64,000 bases of DNA from Octopus sinensis. Taxonomy: Eukaryota. The notes under the pieces are model-generated. The model was not told where the DNA came from and ran no database searches. It saw nothing but the letters and a program-made list of their open reading frames with translations. Location: contig NC_043014.1 in assembly GCF_006345805.1 (NCBI RefSeq), positions 17,050,001 to 17,114,000 of the forward strand. The letters are read 5' to 3'. A program made the translations under genes and the position numbers. This document shows positions 40,682-53,787 of this stretch, piece by piece; position 1 is the stretch's first letter; every line of letters begins with the position of its first letter.

Positions 40682-42822
40682 TATATATATATATATATAT
40701 AACGGACGTTAAAGGATGATGATGATGATGATATATATATAATAAGAGAGAGAGAGAGATACATATTGTAGATGTGTATGTACATTTTGCCATTATATTA
40801 GGGTAAAAGAACTGAAAAAGTGGTGTTTTTGGTAAAAAACTGCAAAGTAGACACTTGCTTGTCTCTCTCTCACACACACTCTCTCTCTCTCTCTCCCTCT
40901 CTCTCACTCTCAGAAATCCTGTAAACTAGTTGGAACCCTACATTTGTTGTCCACTTATTTCTGCAACAGAAAATATAAAAACAGCTCATGATGTCCAGTA
41001 CTTGACCAATTCTCTCATCTCCTCTCTTACTTTTAATTGGTTAAACTTCATAATTAAGTTATTACTAAATTATTCTTTGAAGAAATAATAAAAAGTTGAT
41101 AATTTCTCATTAAATATTGTTAATTTTAACAAATGAAGCTAATCATTTATAATTAGGTGTGGAATAAATTAGTGAATTAATTGTTAATTATTACTGATGC
41201 TAATTGTTAATGGTTTATAACCAGTTGTTGAGTATAAGGAGGTTGGGGTAATGGATTGGGTGGGGGTAGCAGCAGTGGACATTAAGTGGGGGCTTCAGGA
41301 CAGTGGAGGGGGGCCTTAACATGCTTTGGAATCTCTAGTTTAGAAATAAGATATTTACAGGAGATGAGACCCACAATAAAATTGATGATGATGCTGGTAG
41401 TGGTTGTGGTGGTGATGGTTGCTGTCATCCTCATCATCATATCGGGGGGGGGGGGAGACACAAAGCACTAAAACAAGGAGAGGTCAAGCAGGGTGAAAGG
41501 AAATGCTAAATGTGTAGAGGAAGGTGGCAGTGGTATGGTAAAGGTCAATGGATGACCTTTAGTAGAGGGTGTGGTTCTGTTGAAGATGCTTGGCTGGGTG
41601 GGTAGGTGGGTGGGAAGTATTGGTTACCCCTAGGTTTATTGATCTGTTTCCACCCTCCCCCAGCTGATTCTGGGTGGAGCAGTCCTGTCTGTGTGTCTGT
41701 ACTCAATACAGTCATGTTGCCATGTGCACTGTTGTTGCAAGTGTTGTGTTAAATGTTAACGAGCTTTAAGTGCATCTCTTTCCTAAAATGACAACTAATT
41801 GATCCATTCCGACCAGCCAGCCTTCCCACAATGCAACTGGAGACAGTTTCTCATTTTTCACAGATTTTCCAATATTATTTCTCTGTTATTAGTTTCATGT
41901 GATTTATAGCCAATTCTTCAAGAATGGTAACAATGCACACACAAACACATACATTGGCACATACACACATACATATATACACACACACGTTTGATTATAA
42001 TGATAATAAAGTTGAATGTTAATCCATTTTCTACTCAGTTTATCCCATTCCAGAATATATGGGTGTTGGGGGCAGTGAATGGAGAAACTTGTCTAAGCCT
42101 TAATTCACTTCACAGTTTATTTCACTCAGATCACATCCTCTCTGATCTCTAGTGACTGTTTTATGATTTATGGACAGTGAAAATATATTTGTTGTAGCTG
42201 ACAAGACACTTTGCAACAGTTAAACGGCCCCTTAAGGGGAATTAACAAATATTATTGTCAAGAATATAACACATTAATGTCACTCATGTCAACTTTCTTT
42301 TAGATGGCTGTGGGCAGTGCCCTGCCTGCATTGTGTAAAATGACAAAAGGAAGAGAGGAAAAAAGATGATTTACCTTTGGCGAGGCACAGTGCCAATAGG
42401 TGGCACCACTGTAGTATATAGGGAATCCAGAATATTTTTTTCTGAAGATCCATTCTGGTCAATGTAGTAATCTGGAATAGAGAGAAAAATATTTTAATTA
42501 CAGCTGTCATATAATTTTATTATAAGGATTTGTAAGAATCAAGGCACATCAACTCATAGGATGTCAGGAATGGCTAGGTAACATAGAGCTCACATTGAAA
42601 TAAACAACACTGAAAACACATCAAGTGTTGATAGGATAACGTAGATATGCAAGTACCAAATCCAATTTAAGCCATAGATCCGACTCAGAGGAGGGCCTTT
42701 GGTGTGGTGTAGTATAGAAAGTAAATACTAGTGGCCTTTAAAATTTACGACAGCTGTTTTGGTAGAATTTTATTTATTTAATGCAGTCATAAAAGATTAC
42801 ATCATAATATATAACCAATCTT

Positions 42823-43010
42823 TGGGTGGCGAGCTGGCAGAATCGTTAGAGCATTGGAAAATATGTTTTGCGGCATTTAACTCCAGCGTTTTACGTCCTG
42901 CTTATGTCAGCTTTTCCTTTTCATTGTTCAGGGATCGATAAAATAGGGTATTAGTTAAGTCATGGAATCGATGGTATCGATTGTTCCCTTCCCCTCAAAA
43001 TCCCTGGCCA
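42823..43010 (+). mobile_element. Old SINE (family B: GGCGAGCTGGCAGAATCGTTAG)
   Basis: Diverged match to the copy at 43962. Confidence 0.65.
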
Positions 43011-43961
43011 TATGACTATGCATGTCAGTGACAAGTTCTCAGTTTCGAGCGACGACAATTTTGACAACATATTACAGACAATAAATGTTTAAGTGAAGTT
43101 AACGGTCTTTGTATGTCTATTTAGTTGAGTGTTTAATGTATGGTACCCTTTTTTTTATATATAACAACCCGCCCGAAAATACCTCTTTCTACGATAGCAA
43201 ACTTCTATTTTAAAATGAAATTTGGTAAGAAAATGGGAAAAGCAGTAGCGTGTACTTCGGATAAGTATCATAAAACCGCAACTTTGTAGCTCTCGTAATC
43301 TGGCAAGCCCATGATCTGACGAAGAGGGTGACGGGTTTAAATAGATATATCACTACCTCCCCCTGTCTCTTCCGCTTTTTGTAATTTGGCGCCATTTCGT
43401 GATTGAATCAGTCCACATCATGATGTAATAGTAGGTCTCAGTTCAAATATCTCTTCCGATGCTCCAAAGTTGGTGGATGAAGACATAACTCAATTGGTCT
43501 CTATCTCCGTGTTTTTGTCTTTTAAGTTAACCAACCGTCTTCTAGGTAATTCTTTTATGACAATTATTTAACCACTTCTTCATACTTAACACAATTTACT
43601 TGTCACCTTTGGCTCATTGAATTACGTCCTTCTTTTACAATGTCTTCCAAATTTTCTGTTTTAAGAGCGCAGATGCCCGTCTGTCTTTTTTTTAAATTAT
43701 AATTGCGCGTGCGTAACAACCCATACTGCTCCCTGAAAATGAATGGCTGAAACAAGTGAAATATCAGTCTTGTTTAAAGTTAAACAATTCTCATAGAAGA
43801 AAACACGATATTGACTAATTCACCGTCATACGTCTACTAAAAACTTTAACATACTTCCAAAATTGATCCACGCACCGACATAAAAAAAATTTCAATTTCA
43901 ACCAAATTTACAAAGTGTTGCATTACAAGAGGGACGATGTTTCAATAATGAAAGTAATGTT

Positions 43962-44717
43962 AAGGCGGCAAGCTGGCAGAATCGTTAGCACGCCTGGCGA
44001 AATGCTTACGTTCTGAGTTCAAATTCCGCCGAGGTCGATTTTACCTTCCATCCTTTCGGGGTCGATTAAATAAGTACCAGTTACGCACTGGGGTCGATGT
44101 AATCGACTTAATCCGTTTGTCCCCTCTATGTTTAGCCCCTTGTGGGCAGTAAAGAAATGGGTATTTCGTCTGTCTTTATGTTCCGAGTTTAAATTCCGCC
44201 GAGGTCGATTTTGCCTTCCATCCTTTCGGGGTCGATTAAATAAGTACCAGTTACGCACTGGGGTCGATATAATCGACTTAATCTGTTTGTCCCCTCTATG
44301 TTTAGCCCCTTGTGGGCAGTAAAGAAATAAACGTTAGCACGCCGGGCGAAATATTTAGCGGTATTTCGTCTGTCTTTACGTTCTGAGTTCAAATTCTGCC
44401 GAGGTCGACTTTGCCTTTCATCCTTTCGGGGTCGATAAATTAAGTACCAGTTACGTACTGGGGTCGATGTAATCGACTTAATCACTATGTTTAGCCCCTT
44501 GTGGGCAATAAAGAAATAAGAAACGTTAGCACGCCGGGTTAAATGCTTAGCGGTATTTCGTCTGTCTTGTTGTTCTAAGTTCAAATTCCGCCGAGGTCGA
44601 CTTTACCTTCCATCCTTTCGGGGTGGATAAATTAAGTACCAGTTGCGTTCTGGGGTCGATCTAATCGACCGGCTCCCTCCCCAAAAATTTCGAGCCTTGT
44701 GCCTAGTGTAAAAAAAG
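43962..44717 (+). mobile_element. Family B SINE tetramer within one 18-bp TSD
   Basis: Four GAGTTCAAATTCCGCCGAGGTCGA bodies; TSD AATAATGAAAGTAATGTT at 43944-43961 and 44718-44735. Confidence 0.88.
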
Positions 44718-45707
44718 AATAATGAAAGTAATGTTTCGCCGGATTAGTCACATCTGTACTATTATAATAAAGAAAGCAGCGATCCTTCGTTTTGAGAAAG
44801 CTGCTTAACAATCTATAATGGGCACTGTCATGCTATTAGCTGTCAGAAGTGAAAGTACGTCAACTGTGGTTATTGACTGAATCTTTCCATTCTGAGTTCA
44901 AATTCAGCTGTCGCTTACATGGGAGGTATTCTAACCCGTTGCCGCCCAGTTTAACACCAACGGACAATTGAGTGCCTTTAGCAGAACCAATTCCGTTTGT
45001 GATTATTCAGATTATGTCCCTCATTTGACGATACCTCTCTCTCCCTTTCTCCCACTCGACTGTTAAGGATTATGAGCATCGCCATTCCTCTTAAGTAAAC
45101 GATAGAAAAAGAAAAATTAGTTTTCTCGTAATTTCTTGGTCGAGTACCTTATTTAATGGTGTTTAAGATGCACTTAGCAACACATGTGGCGCCACGTAAA
45201 AATGCACTCGTTAAACTGTAAAGTGGCTGGTTGTTAGGAAGGGCACCCAGCCTGGAACCTGGTGTAGCTCCCTGGCCTTGCCAGCTCCTGTTGAACCAGC
45301 CAACCCATACCAGCGTGGAAAAATGATGTTATATGATGCCCCTCTCCCCCGCCCCGCAAAAAAAATTACTCCAGGTCTTAGATATAAAGTTGGGCCTCTT
45401 AGAAGCTAATTCCTGAATGTACCAAAAACTATTTTTGTGAATCTGTGCATCTTTTATACCGTCAAATATGGTATGTTTTTCTAAAACATGCTTGGAGTCT
45501 TTTATACTTATTAGAGTAATTTTGTTAAAACAATATAGGTACAGGCGTGGTTGTGTTAACAAGCTTGTTTTACAACTGTGTAGTTTGGGGTTCTGTCCCA
45601 CTTCAAGTGCTGAAGTTGACACAATCAACTTACCTACTCTGCCTGAACTTGACAGGCCTTGTGTCAAAAATTGAAACCATCATTATTATTGTTAGTCATT
45701 GACTATA

Positions 45708-45924
45708 AGGTGGCAAGCTGGCAGAATCGTTAGCATGCCGGGCAAAATGCTTAGCGATATTTCGTCTGCTGCTACGTTCTGAGTTCAAATTCTGCCAAGG
45801 TCAACTTTGCCTTTTATTCTTTCAGGGGTCGATGAAATAAGTACCAGTTACACACTGGGGTCAATATAATTGACTAGCCCCCTTCCCCCAAAATTTTCAA
45901 GGCCTTGCACCTAGTGTAAAAATA
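45708..45924 (+). mobile_element. Family B SINE monomer
   Basis: Complete head and body; TSD-like ATTATTGT(T)AGTCATTGA on both sides. Confidence 0.85.
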
Positions 45925-46089
45925 ATTATTGTAGTCATTGAGTGATAGGGCTTTTCCTTGCTCCTTAATTCTTCCCAATTTGATTTTCTGTGTTCCCTCG
46001 CATTAAATACATTAACACTTGCATTTAATTATGAAATTGTTTATTTGTTGTTTTTCCAGAGACTTCCAGCATTTTAACACAGTGTTACC

Positions 46090-46375
46090 ATGAACGTGAA
46101 AAAAGTTTATCCAGCTTCATATCGGAACCCGAAATGTTCTCGTTGTAAAAATCATGGCTCTGATGCCAAGATGAAGGGCCACAAAGGTTTCTGCCCCTAC
46201 ATCTTATGTGATTGCATAAAATGCATCTTGGTAGAGGAACGGCGCCGAATCAACAGACAACAGAATCTGCTCCGAAGATATCCTGACATCAACGTCAAGG
46301 ATATTTTCAAAGGTTGCATAAGATGCGAAAAATTCTGCCAACAGGTGACTGATTATTCTAACTGCGTCACTGCAG
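46090..46375 (+). CDS. dmrt: DM-domain (doublesex/mab-3-related) transcription factor, first coding exon
   Basis: RNPKCSRCKNHG..MKGHKGFCPYILCDCIKC..ERRR..Q..LRR has the exact C2-H2-C4 DM spacing; acceptor TTTTCCAG at 46059, ACCATG start, donor CAG|GTGAG at 46376 (phase 1). Confidence 0.9.
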
Positions 46376-46550
46376 GTGAGATTACATTTATTTATTTATT
46401 ACATAGAGTAACGCCTCAATATACGTGTTAACTTGTTCCTGGAGACTGCTTATAAATCGAAAACTCGTAAAGCAGAGCAGTAATTAACCATAGTAGTCAT
46501 GTAATTCGTTCCCAGAAAAATATTTTACCTGTAAAGTTTATAGTACTTGG

Positions 46551-46956
46551 GGATCTTTTCGGTTTGAACGGCAGTTTTTAACATAATTTCTAGGTAACTA
46601 AGAAATTTGAAACTTTGTATACTGGTAGAATGCGTTTATAAAACATCTTTTTCTCTTGGCTTTATTGAGAAAATTCTATAGTTTGTATGATATTTGTTGT
46701 TATTTTTCTTCAATTTCTGCTATTTCAACCAATCACCTACATGTATTGAGGTGAAAAACATTCTGTGCCGTATGAATATGTCCCTCATTTACGAAACAGA
46801 TTGGGTTTATTTACATTTCTGAAGAAAAAAAGATACCCTTCCCCCAACCCTGACCCGGATTGACATGCAATAGATCGATACTAGGGTCATAATTATGGGT
46901 GACAATTTCATATGACACCGCTAGGAAAAACACAGCCGTTCAAACCGAAAATATCC
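46551..46956 (+). mobile_element. Complete MITE, GG-termini, 8-bp TSD (Merlin-like)
   Basis: TIR GGATCTTTTCGGTTTGAACGGC; TSD GTACTTGG/GTACTTAG. Confidence 0.85.
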
Positions 46957-48479
46957 GTACTTAGAAATAAATAGTAATAAATCAACAGTAGAATGTAAAG
47001 AATATTCTATGTAAAGTAAAAATAACGTCAAGGTCCTTTATAATAAAAGATACTAATATTATAATGGTTTTCTGAATCACTTTCACTCACACTAGACTCG
47101 TGCACACCATCACTTGTATATGTGGTTGCTGATTCACAAGCACTCATAGACAGACTGTGGATTTCTTTTTGAAAACAAGTTTAGGGTTATTTGCTTAGAA
47201 GAAGCTTTCTTTCGCTCTCTAATAAATCTCTCGGTAACATACCGAAACATTTGTTGTGCTTCAAAATAAAACTCATAAACTTGGGGTTTTGTAAAACGGG
47301 TCCTTGTAATATGAGGTTATTACTGTATATGCCAGGTATGGCTGTGTGGTTAAGAAGCCGGATTTGAAACCACAGGATTTTGGGTTCACTTCCACCTTGC
47401 CCCACAGTGTCTTTTACTAGAATCCTGTGCCTTGTGAGTGAATTTGGTAAACAAGGTGTACATGCATGCATATGTATGTATATATCACTTGATTGACCAG
47501 GCTATCAGATGTTGTTACATATCGCTGGTCACAATACACTTTCTGTATTGTTTTAGCCTTCAAATAACACAACCAACATTCCCCACAGATCAAAAGGGGG
47601 TCTGGAGCAACGTGAAATGAAGAGTTTTGCTCAAGAACACAAGGCATTGCCCAGTCAGGGAATCAAACCTTCAATCAAGTGATTGTGAGTCTAACAGCCA
47701 AACCACTAGGCCACGTATATATGTACATTTGCATACATGTACACATATATCTGTGTATGTGTGTGTATATATATTGTATATGTGTGTACGTATATGTATA
47801 TGGGTATATATGTTATGTATATGTGTATATAAATGTGTATATATGTCTATATATGTGTGTATATAATGTGTATATCTGTATATGTATATATATGTATGTA
47901 TATGCATATCATCATATATCATGTCGTTACGTCCGTATGCTAGCATGGGTTGTTATATGATAGTCTAATTTGGCAATGTTTCTACATATGTCCTGATATG
48001 TATGTGCTTTTTACGTGATACAGGTATACGGTCAGATATGTGTATTTTATATAGGCGGTGCTGCATAGTATAGTGCTGTATGATTGTGGTTCATTATTAT
48101 TTCGCTTATGTCTTCAAATAGTGTGTGTGTATATATATGCGTATATATATGTGTATATATGTATGTGTATATATGTATATGTGTGTATATATGTATATAT
48201 ATATGTATATGTGTGTATATATATGTATGTATGTGTGTATATATGTGTATATGTATGTATGCGCCACACACACACACACACACATTATGAAAGAGCTACT
48301 GATAATTTCAAGCTTGGAAATACATGGCAACTTATACAAATCTTCCAATTTAATGTATCTTAAAGCATGAAATTATTCTTGGCTCTTTTGTAATTATGTA
48401 TATTAAATGATATTTATCTCACAGGGTGGGGTACTTTTATTGTTGACCCTATAAAGGAACTGTAAACTGTGTGTGTATA

Positions 48480-48697
48480 TGAAGGGGTTCTGAAAAGTTT
48501 CTGGTTTCGGGTGAAAGAAAATTCAGGAGGATCAGTTAATTACAATTTTATTCAACATATTCTCTTCACAGATTCAGACTCTTATTTGCAACGGTTCTTC
48601 AGTTTTTCTAAACCCTGTAAAAGAACTCTGAAGGCCTGGTTTCCAACCATGCCTTTCACGACACCCTTAAAGCCAGAAACTTTTCAGCACCCTTTCA
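48480..48697. mobile_element. Tc1/mariner-type MITE
   Basis: TIR TGAAGGGGTTCTGAAAAGTTTCTGG / CCAGAAACTTTTCAGCACCCTTTCA. Confidence 0.75.
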
Positions 48698-49569
48698 TGT
48701 GTGTGTGTAGAAATATAACTGCATGTGAACTGTTGGCGATTTTCCCTTATTTTTCCTTCTTTCTCTTTGGGCTTTCCTGTTTCCGACAAAGAACTATGCT
48801 CAAAATGTTAACAACTCTCTCCTTTCACCAAGCGTCAAATTAATATATTTCTTGTGCATGTCCTCACATCTACATTTTTCTTTTTTTTCTCTGTATTTTG
48901 TTTGTTTATTTGAATTTACACACACACACACAGAGTAAAATCCTTCGCCATATCCTGGTTCACCTATTGCAGTTTCTTATTAAAGCTTATGTCGATTCCT
49001 CTGTGGTGTTCTTTTGCAATTATAATAAAATAAATATATACAAATTATAAAAACAATAAAAACAAAACATACAGTACTGTTTCTATTTTGCGTATTTTCA
49101 CCTATCACAGGATGTTTTTGGAATGTAACACCCACAATAGTCGAGGGGTTACTGTAGATATTAAGATTCAAATTTCCAATGGCTGAAGATAAGCATTAAA
49201 TTTTGAAACTTTAAGTACCAAGGAATTAGAATCAAACTGTTTTGATCCCTCCATGGAACTCCCAATAAATTGATCGAGTGCCCTTCTTTTGTTTGTCCAC
49301 TCACTCGTATACTACAAACACACACACACACTTGTAGTGCTTGGAAAAAGGTGTGAGGGTTGCCAAGAGGACAGGATTAGGGAGTGGGGGGAGGGTAAGC
49401 ATAGTGCATGAAGGGGAAAGAAGAGGAAGGGAAGTGATGTAGAGATGTAGTTTGATTTGTTGTGGGAAGTTTTCTTGTTAAGTATAGGTGGAACGTTCAG
49501 CGCTTCTAGAACTGTTTCACTGACATGGGCGGGTTTTCTCAAGGACTTCATATTGCAAGACATCTTGGT

Positions 49570-51080
49570 CCATTGTCATTTGTTCCATGAGGCCCAACAT
49601 CCTGAGATTGGTCCCTACCACTTCATCCCATGTCTTCCTGGTTCTCCCTCTTCCATGGGTACCATCCACTTTCGCTGATCACCACTTCTTTATGCAGCTG
49701 TCCTCATTCATACGCATCACATGTCCAAACCAACGTAGTCTTCTCTCTTGCATGCTACATTTGATTCCTCTTCTGCCCAACTTTTCTCTCAATACATTTG
49801 CACTTTGTCATACATGTGCACTGATGTTGCACATCCAACAGTGCATACCACCTTCATTTCTCTCCAGTCTGTACATGTCTTCTGCAGTCAGAGCCCATGT
49901 CTCACTACCATGGAGTATATCCGTTCATACACAAGCATCATATAGTCTACCTTTCACTCTGAGAGAGTTCTTTCGTTGCCAACAGAGGTAATATTTCTCT
50001 GAACTTCCTCCACCCAATTCTAGAAACAATACTTTCAGAGCATCCCCCACCATTGCTAATTTGGTCACCTATATAACAGAAACTATCTCCAACCTCAAGA
50101 GAGCCTCCTGGGCATTTGAGAGAATCTACGTCCCCTGTGCTCTTAGTGCTTATTCTTCCTGCACATCTGCCACATACAAAGACTACTTTATCTGTTAATC
50201 TTGTTATTCCACTGTACCTCTTATGTGTCCATAGTTTACACTGGGTGCAGTGAATGGAATTTCTTTCAACGCCTTTCCTACATACTGAGCAGGGCCATTT
50301 ACCTGATGGAAAGAGTTTTTATCTTCTTTCTTACTAACAACTTCGGTCTTTGCTAGGTTAACTTTAAGACCCTTTGATTCCAGGTTTTGTTTCCATACCT
50401 GGAATTTCTTCTCCAATTCTGCTAAAGATTCTGCAATAAGAACAAAGTCATCAGCATATAACAGTTCCCACAGGTATCCAGTTTTGAATTCCTCTGTTAT
50501 GGCCTGGGGGACTATAATGACTAAGAGTGGGCTGAGAACTGAGCCTTAGGGAACCCCTACCTGTATGCTAAATTCATCACTGTATTCATGGCTGACTCTC
50601 ACCTTACTGACAGCACCACTGTATATGGCTTGTACAGTTCTAACCAGCCACTCCTCTACTCCTAACTTCCTTAGAGACCACCATATAACAGAGTGGGGAA
50701 CTCTGTCGAAGGCTAAGTACAATGGCTTACTTTTGGCCAAGACCTTTTCCTGTAGCTATCTCACTAGGAAGATAGCATCAGTGGTACTCTTTCCAGGTAC
50801 AAAACCAAACTGCATCTCACCTAGTTTAATTCTATTCCTAATTCAACTATAACCCTCTCAGTGACTTTCATGGCTTGGTCTAGCAATTTAATGCCTGTGT
50901 AGTTCATTTCTGTCTAAGGCATCACCTTTACCCTTGTAGCAGCTAACAATAATACCACTACACCAGTCATTGGGGGTGATGCCTTCCTGAATAATCTGAT
51001 TAACTTCACGGGTGACTAAGCTATATCCTTCACCACTGGAGATTTTAATCATCTTAGCAGTGATTCCTGATGTCTGACTC
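49570..51080 (-). mobile_element. Degenerate RTE-type LINE
   Basis: YKGKGDALDR, AFDRVPHS and YADD motifs; homologous to 60200-61800. Confidence 0.88.
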
Positions 51081-51342
51081 CCATATATTGCATTAATATT
51101 CTTGCACTTTCTGTTGCATTGTTGCAAAATATGCCGAATATGCTCCTTTGTCACTTCCATTATAGCTTTGGAAAAATAACTGTTTAAATCAAACTGCACT
51201 CTTCAAAACTTGCACTAAGAATAAGTAGAAGTTAAAATCACTACCTGCTTTTACAGTAAGTTGAAGCAAGTAGTTTATCCCATCCCTCTTCCGACTTTTA
51301 GTTCATGCAATTGAAAGATCCCACATTTATGGGACGACCCAG
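51081..51342 (-). mobile_element. Mariner 5' fragment
   Basis: MEVTKEHIRHIL transposase N-terminus; TIR-like CTGGGTCGTCCCATAA. Confidence 0.65.
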
Positions 51343-51531
51343 TGTGTGTGTGTGTGTGTGTGTGAGTGATGATTGCCTCATCTTGTCAGATGGTAGCTGC
51401 CTCCTATTCAGGCTTACTGTTTTGATGTACTTTCATCCATGCATGGATATGACTTCAAACATCACCATTGAACTTTAAAAAATACAAAATGGATCAAGAA
51501 AGAAAATTATTTGACATGCCATTAGATTTAA

Positions 51532-51730
51532 CCCTTTAGCATTTAAACCGGCCATATCCGGCCAAAAGTATTCTGCTTGTTTTATGTTCAAACTGGCCAG
51601 ATCTGGTCTCTTGCACCAACCCTACAATATCATTTAAAAATCTCATAGCTACAAGATAATGCCTGATTAGTTCAAAACAATGTGGATAAAAAAGGATTAA
51701 TTTTGGCAGAATAATGCAAACAATAAAGGG
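51532..51730. mobile_element. TTAA-flanked MITE (piggyBac-like)
   Basis: TTAA|CCCTTTA ... TAAAGGG|TTAA. Confidence 0.7.
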
Positions 51731-52183
51731 TTAAATGACAAAAAAGCTTGTGCAACACTTTTGCCATTCTTTTGGTTGCCAAAGTAGATTCCAGCACCAA
51801 CCATTGCAAAGTGACTGTTACTATTTTCACTACAAATTTTGTCTCAGAGTATCTTTCTCATTGGCTGCCTTCCTTTCCCATGGCTTTGTCAAAAATAGTC
51901 GGAGCTTCCTCTATCCCCAGGAAATCTATTTAACCCTGAGATGGGAACCAAATAGGTACCACCCATTCCTGGTCAGAATAGAATGGGAACAATGGTAATT
52001 AATGGGACGACTCCTTACTCTCCACAACCCCGGAACTCTCAAACTGGAGCCTCATCACCGACATCACAGGACATTATAAATATGAAGGCACGTGGCTTGG
52101 TGGTTAAGCATGTTGTAGTCACGGTCTTACTATCGTGGTTTCGCTTCCTGGACCGGAAGGTGTGAAGCTTTCATTTCTTTTGT

Positions 52184-52346
52184 AGGCGCAGGAGTGGCTG
52201 TGTGGTAAGTAGTTTGCTTACCAACCAAATGGTTCCGGGTTCAGTCCCACTGTGTGGCACCTTGAGCAAGTGTCTTCTACTGTAGCCTCGGGCCAACCAA
52301 AGTCTTATGAGTGGATTTGGTAGATGGAAACTGAAAGAAGCCCATC

Positions 52347-52382
<36 letters not shown>

Positions 52383-52590
52383 TGTGTGTATGTGTTTGTA
52401 CCCCCAACATCGCTTGACAACCGATGTTGGTGTGTTTACGTCCCCATAACTTAGCAGTTTGGCAAAAGAGACCAATAGAATAAGTACTAGGTTTACAAAG
52501 AATAAGTCCTGGGGTCGATTTGCTCAACTAAAGGCGGTGCTCCAGCATGGCCGCAGTCAAATGACTGAAGCAAGTAAAAGAATAAAAGAA
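52184..52590 (+). mobile_element. Full-length family A SINE with internal CA/TG microsatellite
   Basis: Head, body and (AAGAATAA) tail present. Confidence 0.85.
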
Positions 52591-53424
52591 AATAAAAGTA
52601 TATACAGTTTTCACATCCATGCAGTAGTTGCAAATAGGTGGCGCTGTCATGCAAGCAGTGTGGTTTCCGATCTTATCTGGAAACGTGTCTAGCTACAGAG
52701 GAATAGTACCAGGCTTGGAAGTGGGAGAGGGTTGGTGACAGGAAGTGTGTTTGCTTCTTTGTCTTGACATCACAAATTCCCTGTTCTATCCCCTGTTCTA
52801 TCATCAACTCCCTTGAGTCCCCTCCACTCTCTTCTCTTCATTAATGACTTTCTTCTCTTAATTAATCACAGCCAACAACAACACCTCTCACACAGCTAAC
52901 ACTTCCTTTCATTCTTCCCTAGTTAAACATTATCCATTCATAACTTTGGCACCACCACACACCAAAACCTGCTCTCATTCCATGAGCTGTAACCTCAAAA
53001 GGATCCAAATGGGTCTTTGAGAATCTGAACAAACAAAGGATTCTTTTGTCAGGATTCTCAGACGAAAGAATTAAGATTGGATAAAATATTGAGCAGTATT
53101 TAATCACTAAGTTCTTTGTTTTGAGTTGAAATCCTGCCATGGCCTGTATGGGTGGTAGACTTCATTCCTTGCTTGGTTTATCGCTGCTGCCATCACCTTG
53201 GTACCTTGGGTGCTCTTTATTGTAAGAATTCACTCTCTTGTAAGTCAGATTTTGGTCAAGTCTTTGGTTTGAGGATATCTTCTTACTCTCTCTCCCACTT
53301 TCTACCCCCTTCTCTCCTGTCACTTTCCCTCTCTCTATCCATTCTTCCCCTTTCTCCAGTCTTGGAGGCCCCTACAAAGGGATGTGGGCATTGCCTTCCC
53401 TGCTGACTAAAATATATATATATA

Positions 53425-53787
53425 CTAGCACTATTACCTGGCAACGCTGGGTCATAGTGCTAGTGCCTGCATATACAGCTGTGTGCGTGCACACATACAC
53501 TCGAGTACTGTCCAAATCTCCGACCAATCACATACAGCTATCTGGCATTCAATTGGTGTATCAAGTTTCGTTCATTTTGATTGGGTTTTGGATAGAAAAT
53601 TCACAAAAAAGTAATTTCTATTGATTTTTTTTAATGGTTTTCGGGGTGACTGGGGAAATGTAAAGATGTGCATGACCACCCTTGGACGGTTTTGAATGAC
53701 CATAGAAAGTGCGAGCCCTCTAACTGAAAAATTGTGGATTTGTATAAAGGACATGCACAGACAGACATTTTGCCATTTATATAGAGA
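53425..53787 (-). mobile_element. Non-autonomous Helitron, same family as 9419-9797
   Basis: Reverse-complement similarity along its length; TC start, hairpin, CTAG. Confidence 0.88.

Noticed and set aside
46345-46431. Single-exon 113-aa Dmrt ORF, or use of the alternative donor at 46345
   Set aside because: The sequence after 46375 looks intronic, and the 46345 donor is phase 0 and does not fit the 56512 exon; isoforms are not excluded
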